DNA of 64,000 bases from Hyphochytrium catenoides (Eukaryota > Protista > Hyphochytriomycota), in contig FLMG01000516.1 of the NCBI GenBank assembly GCA_900088475.1, positions 74,527-138,526 of the forward strand, in the 5' to 3' direction. The position numbers were made by a program, and so were the translations under genes. The notes beneath the pieces are model-generated. The model ran no database searches, was not told the DNA's origin, and was given only the letters and a program-made list of their open reading frames with translations. This document shows positions 36,399-49,952 of the stretch, in pieces. Within the stretch, counting starts at the first letter, position 1; each line of letters starts with the position of its first letter.

Positions 36399-37503
36399 CT
36401 AGATTGTCTCCTTGAACCACGCCGGCGGATGAGGCGGTATGCGCACCAGGTCTGTGTCAAATAGCTCAATAAACTGCTCGTTCTGGAGTCGGACCTTCGT
36501 ACCCGCGTAGCGCCTATACTCCTCGAAGATGGATGAGAGATGCCATTGCTGGATCTTGCGGAGGCAGCCTACAACGACGCCTACAGCAGATGACGAGTAA
36601 ACAGTCGGTCTGCGATGTAAAGGCAAGGAGAACCCTGACAGGCCAGCCCTAAGCGGGATGTGGAGAGTTGGAAGCAACAACGAACACCATGACAGGGAAA
36701 GTATGAGCTAATACAAAGAAGTGATCAGAGTTGCGATGTCGAGAAAGAAGGGAATTGAAGAAGAGTCCGAGATGAAAGCAGAGCAAGAAGTGGCGTTGAC
36801 TCTGACCGGTTCTATGGCGGCCTAGGTGGCAGCATATATATAGTGGATAGTTGGCCGGGTCGAGGATAATGTCCAGGGCCTCAAGAACAGTCTCCTCTGA
36901 CAGGGGATTCCAGGATTTGCGCCTACTTTCCATGTTGTCGTCGCCGCCGAGGTTGATGATCTCAATGTCCTGCTCATCTACAAAGCTCTGACTATTGGGA
37001 ATATATGGAGAGAGTCCGATAAGAAGAAGATCAGTAGAGAGTCCAGTGGGAGCAGGGAAATTTGCCAAGGCAACAAGAGATCAGGCGCAGAAGATAGACT
37101 TAGCGATGTCGAGGTCTAGCGCGTCGAAGAAAAATAGCTGGAACTAAGTAGAGCCGCGAACGTCGGCACAGTCCATACACTTCAAGCTCTAGCACGTCTA
37201 CAGTCAACTGCAAGGACGAGGAGCAATAATAAAAGGCATTGCCTCCTGTTGTCTAGGACGAAGCGCTAGAACGTCTGAGACCAGAACTGTTTGAAAAAGG
37301 GGGCCAGTCTGCAAAAGAGAACGCTCCATACGTAAGGTCATAACCACTTACAATTGCGGATCAAGCTCATCCGGCTCCAGATAGATAATCTTTCGAAGAT
37401 TGAGCCTCTCCAAGAAAGGAAAGTTGAGCTCATTGGAGAGTCCTGAGCGGTATAGATCCTCCTCAACCATCCCATAGTTCACCGGCGGGATAAAGAAAAC
37501 CAT
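36399..37503 (-). CDS. PFA-DSP (Siw14/Oca-family) dual-specificity / inositol-pyrophosphate phosphatase (exons 37503-37352, 36991-36807, 36580-36399)
   Basis: MVFFIPPVNYGMVEEDLYRSG..NELNFPFLERL...[54 protein letters not shown]. The CX5R motif is intact. Confidence 0.93.
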
Positions 37504-38019
37504 GGTCTCTCCACGATTCGAAGGCGCAGACTCCTGATCTGACCCTTTGCAGCCCTAACTTCTGTCACCGCCGGGCACAGTCAGGCAAGTGATGGTCTGA
37601 ACATGAAGTCCTAGCTCATCTCTGGAGTTCTGAGGGCCTCCAAGGTCAAAGAATTACTGCGCGAGCTCTTTTTATGAACTTTTTGAGCTTTCAATCACCT
37701 CAAATGCTTCCTTCGCTGATGGAGATAATAATAGGGACCTTATAATTCATCTTACGGGCTTAAACGGTATTACTACTGCTACCCTTTCGGTGTTGTGGTC
37801 TGCAAATCTTCAAAACTCATTTTTTTCTTTCTTATGAAAGGTTTGGAGGAGTGATGCAGATGCCAAGACAAGGCAAAGAAGTCAATCTCTAAGACCCCAC
37901 AGGCGATAGAGTACTACTGGCAGCTACCGCCGGGAGGGGCATACGGAGGAAGAGATGCTGTGAATAGGTTGTTGAAAGGAGTTCGTGAACGTTTCCTCGC
38001 CTCAGAAAGGAAAGGAGAG
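37504..38019. promoter_or_regulatory. Short divergent intergenic region (putative bidirectional promoter, phosphatase/ERGIC3)
   Basis: 516 bp between head-to-head ATGs with an AT-richer core. Position only; no motif identified. Confidence 0.5.
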
Positions 38020-41000
38020 ATGGAGCGCATATTGACCTCCATTAAGAGCCTGGACATCAACCCCAAAGCTTTGGACGAGTTCAGGACGAGAACGTCATGG
38101 GGCGGGTTAAGTAAGATGCAATCTTTGGAGCGCTGAAGTCTGTCTTCCCTGTGGCCTCTGTCTCTCACGCTTCAAGTCCATGCTGGCTGTGAGCTTATGT
38201 CGTCGGCTCGCTCAAAAGCACTGTACCCTTTCTGTCTCCCTATGAACTTATTTTCGGGTATCTTAGCACACGCCTGACAGATTTCCCCTGCTTTTGACGC
38301 TTGTGCCCTGTAGTGTCGATCATCACCGCATGGATCATGGGCTTCCTCTTCATGTCAGAGCTCAAGTACTACTATACTACGGTGAGTCCCTCACCGCTCA
38401 TCGATTCCTGCCACCCGCAACGTCTTCTTCCTACTTCATGAGCGCTCCTTTCCTCTTGGTGTGGGCGTCCGCCTCTCTGTCCTCTCGCTTCATCGCACTT
38501 CTTGCTTTTTGCCTCACACCCGCACCTGATGCTCTATGGCATGCCACAAGCTAGTTAGTTATTCAATTACCTTCCTTAGCCAATTTCTCTCAACATTCTC
38601 TACCAGGCCTTTGTTGCTTTGCCGCTATCGTTCTTCCTGTTTCTGATGCATCTCTTCCGTGCTCTGTTGGCTCTGCGGCTCATAATCTCCTCTACTTCGT
38701 GGATGGTCTCTCTGATTGCTCTTCTGCACCCCTTGCAATTCACACTGCGGTGCCTCTGGTCCCTCTTCATTCTTTCTAGGAGAGGGTAGGACAGATGGTA
38801 GTAGATGGCACGCGCCAGGCGCGTGTCAGCGTGATGTTCGATGTAAGCTTTCCCAGGTACTTTTTAAAGGCATCCTTAAGCTACACCTCAGTGCTTCTCT
38901 TTCTTCTCGAAGCTATACATTTTGCTCATTTTCTTTTCGCATAACTGCCCTCTTTCTGGTGATCATTGTCTCGGGGGTCTCTTTTATCGAGTCTATGGCC
39001 CCTGGATGTGTCTCTGGCTCCCTTTGTCAACTGGTTTAAGTAGGTAGCTTATCCTCTATGTCTCTGTTAGCCTGGCTTGCGACTTTGTGGCGGTTGATAC
39101 CATCGATGTCGCGGGCAACGTTGCGGTAAGCTCTCCTCCCGGTTACGTCAGAACCGTAGTATTGTACATTGACCGCTTCATCTCCATTGTTTCGCCCCAA
39201 TCCAGAACAACTTTACCGAGAGCATTTTGTATAAGCAGTCCATAGACCCTCAAGGTAAAGGCTCTCTCAGCTATTAGCCTCCATCCACTGCTCTTTATTG
39301 CTTATCTGTCACTCAATGGCTGTTGAGTTTGCTTTGATCTCTGGAAAACCTGTCAAAGTTCATCTCGCCGACACTTAGATATTTAACATGTGCGTGATAG
39401 GAAACCCGATTGGAGAGCGCATCCGAATGGACGTAAGTGACAATGAAGCTTTGGTGATCTTGTTCTGTTCTAATCGCGTTATCTTCTCCACCTCACCGCA
39501 TCTTCTATCTCTCTTTTTGGATGAATGTTTGTCCCCGGCTTCTCTTGTACCTCACACCTCTTTTGCTGCTTCCCCGTCATATGTTGTCCAGTTACCTTCG
39601 ACCATACTTTCTAACTTGATCATTGCCGGCGATAGGCTGGTGGTACATTGAGAGAGGAGGAACACGTTAAAGATATGTTGGCCGAAATGTAAGCTATGAG
39701 GGTTCTCGGCATCTCTGCCTTCAGCCATTGTTACACCATTACCCTTTCTCTCTTCATTCCTCTCACTTGACTCTTTAAGCAGCCAACGTTAGTAGCTAAG
39801 AGCCTGATCTCTGTCCTGCAGCACTAAGACTGAGCAGAAAGAGCCCACGGACAAGTCTATCTGTCTCTCCTGCTATGGAGCCAAATCTGAGGATGAGGTA
39901 AGGTTACTTGGATTGACGAAATGAACGGCTGCCTCTGGAACTAGTTCTCCCTTCCCTCATAAGTTGTCTCAGCTAACCTACTTAGCTCAAAATTTTTGTC
40001 CGCCTAATGTTCTTCCGTTCACTCTTTCTTCCACAGTGCTGCAACACATGCCAGGCCCTGCTTTTCGCATATCGGCTAAAAGGCTGGTCAACAGATAGTC
40101 TCCACTTATCGCCGCAGGTAATCGTAAGAGGTTACAACCGTCCTTACCTGACTCACATGTCAGCTTTACTGCTTGTTTGTCGCCCTAACTTGCATCTGAG
40201 CACGCTCTGTCATCTTCAGTGTAATACCGAGAAGCTGCTTCGTATTGCCAATCACGCAAACGAGGGATGTAACATCACTGGGATGCTTGTCGTTGATAAG
40301 GTTAGCTCTCCCGCTGTTGATCACTCCTTGCTCAAGGAGCTTACCGATTGACACAATATTCTTATCTTTGTGGAAGCTGCCTGTCTTACCTTCCTCAGTC
40401 CTAGTGCTCCACAATATATTTGTAGCGCGGCTAGGACACTAACGACTCTCTGCTTGCACGTCGTTATGTCATACATGGGCTTTTACTATGAAGGTTGCAG
40501 GTCGGATACATTTTGGTCCTGGTATGGATGTGGATGAGACAGCGTTCAAATACGGCGAAGTACTAGAGTTCATGTTTGAAGGCTTTAACAGCTCCCACAG
40601 ATTCAACTATCTCGCCTTCGGACAAGTATTAGAGGTAAAAGACCTTCCTCAACTCCTCCTATGTCTTGCATCTACTCTGGTGGATACGAATGTGGTTCCC
40701 TTCCATGTCGCACCTTACATCCCTTCGTTTTCTTCTTGGGACCATGTTCACCTGGACTTCCTTCCCGATCTACTTCTTCTGTGTCCTAAGCAGGAGGATA
40801 TGGTTAATCCATTAGATGGAGTGGAGAGGATAGTCCCCAACGGTACCCACGGCATCTTCCAGTACTATTTGAAGGTAACTGGTGCTCCTTAATGGTGTGG
40901 CTAGTCCTGGGTGAGCTTTTCTTATTTATGCGCTTCCCCGTTCACGCTCTTGCAGGTCGTTCCTACGCAGTACACCCGGTTAGACGGCCAGAGGATGCTA

Positions 41001-41602
41001 ACGAACCAGTACTCAGTCACCGAGCACTTTAGAGTCACGGGACCGGAGTCAGGAAGAGGGCTGCCTGGTGAGTCTTACTTGAATCTAGAGGGCTGATACT
41101 GGGAAATAGATTGACACGAGAGCCAAAGCAGAACACATAAAGCTGTGGAGTCAGTAAAGTGCGAAACAAACGGCTCCCTCCAAAGCATCAGCAACCTGAG
41201 GGTCCACGACAAGGAGAGTAGGAATCGAGAGGAGGAGGAGGAGGAGGGCAAGTGTCCAGTAACAAGTAGTGCTGGGATTATGTGGCAATGGCCAACTTGT
41301 CTGTCCAACGATTGACATATGCTCTTTAGGTCTGCTCTTAAATTATGAGTTCTCCCCGATCGCTTACTACGTGGAAGAGAGACGAAAGGGCTTCCTCCAG
41401 TTCTTAACTAGCGTCTGCGCCATAGTGGGAGGAGTCTTCACGGTACGGAAGAGCGTCAGTACCTGGTTTTCCTATCCTCTCCTTCTCATTGATTTTTGAT
41501 TTTTTCCAGGTGATGGGCATTTTGGATCGCCTGTTAGAAGGAACAGTGATGAAGGCGGGCAGAAGAGGGTCTGCCAAGCACCAGACGTTGCATGCGAAGT
41601 AG
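38020..41602 (+). CDS. ERGIC3: ER-Golgi intermediate compartment protein 3 / Erv46-like, many short exons
   Basis: IKSLDINPKALDEFRTRTSWGG, TM1, CLSCYGA, CCNTC, EGCNITG.L.VDKVAGRIHF, FNSSHRFNYLAFG, NPLDG, FQYYLKVVPT.Y, TNQYSVTEH, LPG..LNYEFSPI, FLQFLTSVCAIVGGVFTV. TAG at 41600-41602. Confidence 0.93.
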
Positions 41603-43167
41603 TGACTTCCACGGTTTGCTTTGTTATTAGTTACAACCTAGAGGCGTTTGGTCTCTATGAGGCAATATCGCTTCTCTATCAGAATAGACTTTGGCAGTAC
41701 CATGTTAGAGTTCAAGTCCTCATCCCTTAGCCTTAGTAAAGGCTGCTGCCACCGTGTCATATCTATCTCAAGACTCTGGGGCTATCCCCTTCCAGCTCAT
41801 TCGTTCACTTTGGGGCCTTCCTCGTAGCTTCGCCTCATAGAATAAACATCAGCTGGGCCACTTTCAGTGACTCACAGCCCAGGAAGTTTGTACCTGTTAC
41901 TGGGGCGATGCTGTGGACAGTCCGGCAATCCCTCTTCAGCAGCACGGGACAACGCTGTTTTGAACCTTTATCATGTCTCGCTAGATAAGCGTTCACCGCT
42001 CTTTGGACGTGATTCTCACAGGTGTGAGTGCCCATAAACCTCTTCTGAACAGGTCTCTACTATCTTTCGTTAGCATGTCGACTGTGCTATTGTTTTGGAG
42101 GAAAGAGACAGTGGGTGACCATCTGTCCGTTTACTCTTCCATGATGTCTGCTTTATACTTAGTCTTATTGAGAGATAGCAGCTGATGGCAACATGTCAGC
42201 GAAGCTCTTACACTCCTTCCCTTCGAAGAAAATCTTGGAGGATGATCATAGTTCATAGTGCACCGTTTGCTCGTCTCTTCTATCTCTCCTTTGGATCTTC
42301 CCTTACTTGATATCAGCCGCCTTCTCAGGCTCAGATGTGAATGTTTTGCCTATAACTCTTTCCGTAGTAGTATAACCATTACACATAGACCTGGCACCTA
42401 CTCTTCCTCATGCACCGCCCTTCCCTCATAAGCTATGAGCGGTCAACAGCCAATATGATGGATAGTACAGACAAGGCGTGGGTGAGAGTGAATGGATCTT
42501 CAAACAGAGAGGAGATAGATTTGGTACTGTCACGCTGTCACTGCCAGTTCGATCTTTCCCTTCCCCATCTTCTTCTTCCCCTTTCCTCGGAGAGTTATTC
42601 TTCACATCAGCGCTCATCCTTACTACTTGTACTACTTCCAGAGGGTTGCGGTGTCGGGCCAGCAACTGCCACCCTTCCTCCTCTCTCCTCAAGGTGCTTG
42701 CAAGCTTGAGAACCAAGCCTTATGCTTGTCTCCAAGCAGCAGAGATGTTGAAGAACGACCGTTCCCTGCGAACAGTCTCCTACGGCTCCTGGGTAACACC
42801 GAGAAACGAGTACAGCGGCCGAGGGAGCAGCAAGGATAACAAAGAGTCTAAGAGAGAAGCCTCAACTGCTTCTCCAGCCTCCTTCCTCATCACCTCCTCC
42901 AAGTCGCAGAGGGAAGAAACCTCATCAGGAACTCTTCGATCGAGGTAGATCTTTTCCCTTCATCATCAGAGTGGGAGGAGGAAAAGAGAAGAGACACCCT
43001 GAAAGTGCAGCTTTGTAGCCCGGCTCTCTCTGTGCAGATGGTGTCAAGAGGAGAGAGATGTGATGCTAGCTGGTCAAAAGAGGAGAGAGGCGCCTCCAGG
43101 GTAGGAACATGAGAAGAAGCTTGATGGAAGGATGGGTAGGAGGAACACGAGCGGACATAAGAAATGA

Positions 43168-43410
43168 TCGAGCCTCTCTCTCTCTTTCTCTCTCTCTCTT
43201 TTTGTCTCTCTCTCTCTCTATCACTCTCTCTCTTTCCCTCTATCTGTTTCTCTTTTCGTCTCTCTCTCTTTCTCTCTTCTCTCACTCTTTTCTTTGTCTC
43301 TCTCTCTCTTTGTCTCTCTCTTTCTTTCTCTCTCTTTCTCTTCTCCTTCACTCTCGCCTTTTTTTCTCTCTCTCTCTCTTCTCTCTCATCCTCTTTTCTC
43401 TCTCCCTCCC
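43168..43410. repeat. Imperfect (CT)n microsatellite block
   Basis: About 240 bp of near-pure pyrimidine, dominated by ct repeats. Confidence 0.95.
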
Positions 43411-45172
43411 TTCAGGATTCAAAAGTGTGTCACATTTTATAAAAGCCGTTAGCGGTCAAAAGATCGCACCGCCTAACTAAAAGAGGAGGAAAGAAGGCGG
43501 CTGGGGATCTGCCTTTTTTTAATCTTTGCTCCATCATTATTGATGGGGGAACAAAAGATCTGATGACCCTCTGGCCGCTTGTCCTGCACTTTCTTCAGGA
43601 GAGCGATACTCTTATTGTCCACCGGGAGACGCACACACACTAGAGAGAGAGAGAGAAGGGCGTCGAGACAGAGAGGAGGTTTAAAGACTGGACTAAGATA
43701 CTGAGAGAGAGAGACAGAGTGAGGATATGATGTGACTGTCTGGTCAGAGAAAGGCTGTACGTAAACCTAACGTTTGTTAAGGCGAATCTTTTTCTCTCCT
43801 CTTTCCTCGTTTTGCCTCTGTGAGAGCCACTTGTAACTTCCAAAACATAGAATAGGCGTGTAGGCCAACGGCTGACACCTCTGGAACCTTATAGACTCTT
43901 AGACAAAAAGAGGGCGGATGGGCGAGTCGGAAATACAACACCTAACAATGGAGAGAAGCTCTTGTCTTGCACGTCCTTGTGGGGGTTTGAAATTTGTGCA
44001 GGATTATAGGGAACCTTTTGGTGTAGTTTCGCCTCTATTCTTTAAAAACTTTGGCTGTGTGGGTTTGTCTCGACATCTGTGATCTTTTTGACTAATCCTT
44101 ATAGATAATACCCCTAATATCATGTCTCTGCCAGGGAAACACCCAGTGAAAGAGAGAGTGAGTTTGGGACTTGATGTTCCGTATCATTTTGCCTTCCTCC
44201 CCCCACCCAACGTCACGCTGTCTCTCTCGCCCCTTCAAGGACTTTCTTCAGCACGTTTGTAGCGCTTGGGACGAAGGATGGTTGCGGGTTGGAAATAAAG
44301 CTGTTGTTAGACTTTTCGGTAGTGTTAATGTTCCGCCTTGCAGAGCGGAAAAAGAGACATACAGAGCGAAACACGTCAAGGATTTTTTTACTCCCCAGTG
44401 ATTTTAGAATGAGAGAGAGCTGTACTGTATTTCCGCCCCCAATTCGCCCTGTCCCTCATTTCCGCTTGGGTGTTTTACTTCCTCTACGGAGTATATTTTT
44501 CCTTGTCTTCTGGACCCCCATCGCGCTCAAGAGCTTTTTGGTCCCTGATTTTGGGTGCTGTCAGATGTGAGAGAGGAGGAGGAGGGAAGGGAGGAAAGAA
44601 GGACTAGTGAGGCAAAAAGATTGTTTGGACTGTGAATTTGGGCGATTGAGATAGAGAAATAGACCTTTTGTTATGGGGATGAAAGCGGCGAAAATAGGCC
44701 GCAAAGCTGAGCGAAATTCATTAGGTCCAGCAAAAATGAAGCTCGTCAACCGTGCAATTTCAGAGATTTTTGATCGCGCATTGCAGAGACTGGACGTTGA
44801 GATTGCGGAGAGGGCGTAACAGAGACTTGCAGACAGCTTGTACTGCTCCATCAAGGGCCCTAACTCTATCAGTAGCGAAAAAGACGAGATTTACTTGTGT
44901 CGTACACTTAATACCGGCAAGTTGGTCTATAGAAAGAGGTTGTTCGGACGACACCAACAAAGTGCTTCAGACTGCTGAGCTTTGGCAAGACCTTCCAAAC
45001 TGAGAAATAAGAGCTGTCGAAGTACTTCCGCTGCGAAGGGACGGTCTTTGGTCTCACATTGAGCTGATCACTGAGAAGACATCTCAGGACTTAGAAAAAG
45101 CCTCCATTATACTGCACTAAACCTTGGCTTGCGTGGATTAGACTGGACTAGTAGCCTCCAACTACCCGCATA

Positions 45173-46264
45173 ATGAGCCAACACGCTGGTTACTGGGAGT
45201 ATTCAATACCTTCGTACGGTACTCATGTTATGCAACCGCCTCCAATGATGGGACCCCATCGGTACCATGAGGGATATGTTCCAATGACAGACGCCTACAG
45301 GATGGTCATTCCGCCTCCTCCACCGCCTCCTCCTCTTGCAGCGCCAGCGTCCTTCCGCTTGTCCTCACTGCTCAATAACGACGAAGCCATGGAAAATAGG
45401 GCGAGCATTGGAAGTCGTAAATCCCTCTCATCAGGGGATGAGCGTGGTCTGAAATCAGGGAAGATTCGGAAGTTTGGTGAGGAGGGTGACGCTCTCACTC
45501 AAGCTAAAGCCGACACACAACGCGACGTCGAGGGTGTACCCAAGAAGAGGAAAATGAAAAAAGAAAAAGTTGAGAAGGAGCCTTCGGTAGCTTCTGGAGC
45601 ATCTTCATCTGACGAAAGAGACCAGCAGCTTGAAGAAGAAAAGGGTTCGGGTGCTGTTCGGGACGGCCGATGGAGGCCCGACGAGCACCAGCGCTTTCTT
45701 AAAGGTTTTGCAGAGTTTGGAAATCAATGGAAGAGAGTACAGCAGGTAGTCGGGACTAGGACGGTCACGCAGGTCAGGACACACGCTCAGAAGCACCTGC
45801 TCAAGCTGCAGAAGCTTCAGCGAACAGATACAGACAGGGATGATGGTAGGGGAGGTTTCGATTCATCCTCTTCCGAGTTCGTGGATGCACACAAGGGATC
45901 ACATCAGCAGCAAGTAGACCAAATCAAGAAGAAGAGCAAACACTCCACAGAAGTCGCAACACACTCCGTATCAAGACCATCCGAGCTCTCAGATGCAGAA
46001 AGAGAGCTCATTGCGGCGCAAGCTCTGTGTGGCTTGCTAAATGCGTCCTTTGATGCTAGTTCTCTAGGCAAGTCACTCAAGAAGACAACAAAGAGTAAAG
46101 ACGCCTCATCGTCTTCTCCTCTGACCTCCAAGAAAAATATCAAGCAATACGTCTGCCGCGCTTGCGGACTTCCCAAGAAAGGACACAATTGTACTGTCTC
46201 TAGCCAAGCCGGAGAGGCAATGGAGAACAGCGCAGATGAGTCCGGTCCCGCCACCAGTGGGTAA
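45173..46264 (+). CDS. Single-repeat SHAQKYF-class MYB transcription factor with a C-terminal CxxC-x6-HxC motif
   Basis: GRWRPDEHQRFLKGFAEFGNQWKRVQQVVGTRTVTQVRTHAQKH, an N-terminal poly-Pro run, a basic KKRKMKK NLS-like stretch, and YVCRACGLPKKGHNC. The stop overlaps a possible donor (gg|gtaagc), so a further exon cannot be excluded. Confidence 0.9.
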   Translation: MSQHAGYWEYSIPSYGTHVMQPPPMMGPHRYHEGYVPMTDAYRMVIPPPPPPPPLAAPASFRLSSLLNNDEAMENRASIGSRKSLSSGDERGLKSGKIRKFGEEGDALTQAKADTQRDVEGVPKKRKMKKEKVEKEPSVASGASSSDERDQQLEEEKGSGAVRDGRWRPDEHQRFLKGFAEFGNQWKRVQQVVGTRTVTQVRTHAQKHLLKLQKLQRTDTDRDDGRGGFDSSSSEFVDAHKGSHQQQVDQIKKKSKHSTEVATHSVSRPSELSDAERELIAAQALCGLLNASFDASSLGKSLKKTTKSKDASSSSPLTSKKNIKQYVCRACGLPKKGHNCTVSSQAGEAMENSADESGPATSG

Positions 46265-47239
46265 GCGAGCAGGTACTCTCATCATCTCTTCTTCCAGCTT
46301 GTCGTGGAGCACTTCCCTCGTTGAGCTACTATCTATCTTCTTGTACACTAGTGCGCTGTAAGGGCGACGGGGCAACGATACGTCAGGCAGAGGAATCCAA
46401 ACTTAGAAAAGAGAAGTGAAGATAAGGAGCTCTGTTTTCTTACTAGGCAGTCAATGTACAGTAGCTTCCTGTGCTCTAGCGCCTACCTTTCTCCCCCGCA
46501 TATATATACTACATATAAAGCTATTATTGCCTCTCAGACAACCAGTCTCCATTCTTATCAACCTTAGACAATGAAATGGTGAGCGATACTGCTCAGTATT
46601 CACAGCCTCTTCTTTACGTTAAGCATCCCTTTCCTCTCCGAGAGTAAATATTGACCGCCACCAAAACCGAACCATGGCAGCATCTTCATGCTACTTTGAG
46701 GTCGTGGAAGCATAAAGTAAACGAGGCTCCTCAGGCACCGTGCAATGGGGCGCGATTTCTAACTGAAGATTGAGTGGCAAGGCAAGGCGCAGGTCCTACT
46801 CCGGGGTCGTGAAGCCAGGTTGAGCGGGTTATGTATAAGCTTGTGGGGTTCCTGACGTGAGCCCCACACCCACGGGTGCCAATGGTTCTGCCTGAATTAG
46901 CCTGGACAAAGCATCTACTCCTTGTCTAGAGCACTACGGGGCCTGCAGCCTTGGTACATTTGAGGTTAGACCGTCTTACTCTTACATTGGTGGACTAGGA
47001 GCACGGCTGGAGCTCCCTGTGTATGACGGTGTTAGACTTCATATAATAAATTTAAGTGCTTCTTAGGAAGCCCGTCCACAACGTCTCAAGAAAGGGAGCA
47101 GTATAGCGAATCAAAGACCTGGCAAGACGCGATGCAGGATTGGCGTCCCAATCTCGCAGTGCTCTGATGGTCACTTTTAAGGTGTGAAGCAAAGGTCAAA
47201 GAACGCTCCATCCTACAATAAATAAACACTAGGACTACG

Positions 47240-49105
47240 CTATTCCAGCTCCTCCTGCTGTGCTGCTTCTTCAGTATCCAAAGGAATACCTCTCCAGGAA
47301 AGGTTAAGGAAGCAGGAAGCTACCTCTGCCCCATCACGGCTCACGGTGGGATCTTGGATCTTGAGCCAGAAAGGGAAGATGGGCCAGGAAAGGTGAGCAT
47401 AGTATGAGTAACTAAAAGTAGGAAAGGAAAGTAACGACGAGAGGTAGCGTGAAAAGACTTCGTTATGAAGCAACAAAGATAGCGAGAGCTCAGGACATGG
47501 ATGACGATGGACGAAGGAGGATGATGGACGAAGGCGGTTGAATGCCGGCGTACCGTAAAGGCAAATTCCTCCTGACGCTTTTCAGACCGTTGAATGAGCG
47601 CTTCAATGGAGCTTAAGTCTTCCAGAGCTTCTTCATTCGACGGGAACTTCTCTAAGAACTGAACAAGAGGAGGGTTGGGTATAGAAATCGTAGAGCTGGT
47701 AAAATTTTCAGAACTTAACGATAAGTTCAAACGCGCCTCCTCCTTCCTCCTAAACATAAGGCAAGAGATGACGCTCATACCTTGGTAAGGCTGTCCTTTG
47801 CTTTCCTGAATTCTCCAAAATTGAGCTGTGCTCTGGCTAGGGTCAGATAACCCTCAAACCAGTCGGGAGAAAGCTCCAAAGCTCTCTCTGCTGTCTACAG
47901 AATTGGGGCATTCGACAGGTCCACATGAGATCAGGATGGAAAGGTATAGGCCAACAACAAGGAAATGCAGCAGACTAGGAGAGAGCCTTCATTAATGCAG
48001 TACTCCATACACTCTACGGCAAGAGGTAAATTTTGCAACGAAGAAAGAGAACTGCGAGAAAGATAGAGACATGCTAGTGAGGTTGAAGCTGAGTTAGACA
48101 GGCAACAAAGAGAGAGACAGAGACAGGGAGACACAGTGAGAAAGAGGTTTATAGACAGCCAGTGAGAAGATGCACGGCGAGTGGACCAAGACAACTAGCA
48201 GTCATACACGGAAAGAGAGACCAGCCCACAAAGGAAGACGAAGCAACAACAAGAACAGAGATTGAGGGTAACAACACACAGTGTGGATCCGGAAGAATTG
48301 AAATTGAGTCAGTTCATCCTAGCGGATAGAAAGGAAGACAAAGTAACAATCAGCCAGCCTCAAGAGTAGCATTGCGCTACACTGATGTTGTCGCTCCTCT
48401 GACCTTGATGGCCTTGAAGTACTCGCCCAAGTGTGAGAAGGCCTGTGACTGTAGGTCATAGAGCAAGTGATTGTCGGGCTGAAGTTGGGAGGCCTCCAGC
48501 CATCGAGCCAGAGCAGCGCGGAATCTTCCTAAAACGGTAGAGAAGGACGGCAAGGGATTAGAATGAAGGCGTCAGCATGGCATCAATCAGTTATGAACCA
48601 AAGACAGTTTGGGAAATAGGGCAAGGGAGAGGAGCAATGACTTGCGACGAAGAGAAGCCAGGGTAAGGGAAGAGGAAGAGCCTGTGTTGACCTCTCGTCT
48701 GTAGGTGAGGGGACTTAGAACAATCACATAAAAGCAGCAGGTGCGAGAGAGAGAGAGAGAGAGAGAAGATGGTTGTTCTTAACATAGGTTGCGCTGTGAC
48801 CAAAAAGCTCTCTATACCTCCTTCCGCTAGGGTGTTGCCCTCGGCCTTAAGTCTAACTGCCTTTGTTGCAGCATCTTCAAGCAGACTAACAGCTGCTTTT
48901 CGCCTTGGCGCAGCTAGCGCACCGTCCTCTGAAAGATAGTTGTCCTCGTCGTCTGTTGAGATCGCACCGTTTAGTCCGCGTCCTGCTTTATCATTCTAGC
49001 CCCTTTCTAGTCAGGACGCCGCTCACCTTCGTTTTCATCGCTTTCGCCAGTCTCTAGTCGCCTCCGCTTCTTTCTGAAGGCAAAGGATACGGACGCGCGG
49101 GACAT
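47240..49105 (-). CDS. TTC33: Tetratricopeptide-repeat protein 33-like (6 exons)
   Basis: Spliced: MSRASVSFAFRKKRRR...LLEDAATKAVRLKAEGNTLAEGGRFRAALARWLEASQLQPDNHLLYDLQSQAF..LGEYFKAIKTAERALELSPDWFEGYLTLARAQLNFGE...EDL. Three TPR-like units in the TTC33 pattern. Confidence 0.82.
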
Positions 49106-49952
49106 ATCCTTTGCTCTTGGCTAGCCTTGCTTCTGTGCTCCGCTTACCCTTGTTCGCCCTTGATTGTCATACCTCACCAGGAAGGCCAGGCTCTGTTCCC
49201 TTTCTGTTCCCTTTCCGTCATTGTATTGACCTTCCTTGGATCCGCGGCTGCTAAGCTACTTGCTCCGCCGCTCCTGGGCGTCTGGGGCCAGCCCCGATGA
49301 GCTCCCCGAAGATGAGAAATGATGAGGAAGAAGAGTTCTGAGCTCCACTCCGGGGGGAGATCTGGCGCTTGCAATAAGAAGACGAAGCGGCAGGGAGAAT
49401 CAGAAGAAAAGAAAGATCTCATCCTCATCGTCCGTCTCTCTGTCTCTCTCTCTCTCTCTCTCTCGCTCTCTCTCTCTCTATCTCTCTATCTCTTTCTCTT
49501 TCTTTCTCTCTCTTTGATCTACCTTCCCCATGTCGTCAAGAGCCATCGGCTCAGCAGTCTCTCTCTCCACGAAGTTAGCGAAGGTATCGCTTCTGACAGA
49601 TACAGGCTTGGTGAGTCCTCCTTATAAGAGCAGAGAGCGAGCGAGTGAGACAGAGAGAGAGAGAGAACAGAGCGTAGAGTGAGAGCCATCCTCCATTGTA
49701 TCTTCGTCAAGAGGTCTCTCTCGCTGATCCGCCAGAGTTGAAGCCCCGCTTGCTCTTAATCTCCATCCCGTCACTTTCTTCTGCGCCTTCTGCGTGTTTC
49801 CCTCTCTTTCTCTTTCCTGTCTAGATGTGCGCCAGCTTCTATGACATGCGAGAGAATTTTTACGCTACTGATAATATCCTAATAGCGCCTTCTCTTGCTC
49901 GCTTCCATGTCCAGCTTGCGAGGAGACATTGACTGAGCAATTCTAAGAGGAG
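49106..49952. promoter_or_regulatory. Divergent intergenic region TTC33/FAM98 containing a (CT)n tract (about 49434-49512)
   Basis: Head-to-head ATGs at 49105 (-) and 49953 (+). Position only. Confidence 0.45.

Noticed and set aside
46843-46868. 9-bp hairpin gtggggttc...gagccccac
   Set aside because: Its length is expected by chance in 64 kb and it has no supporting context.
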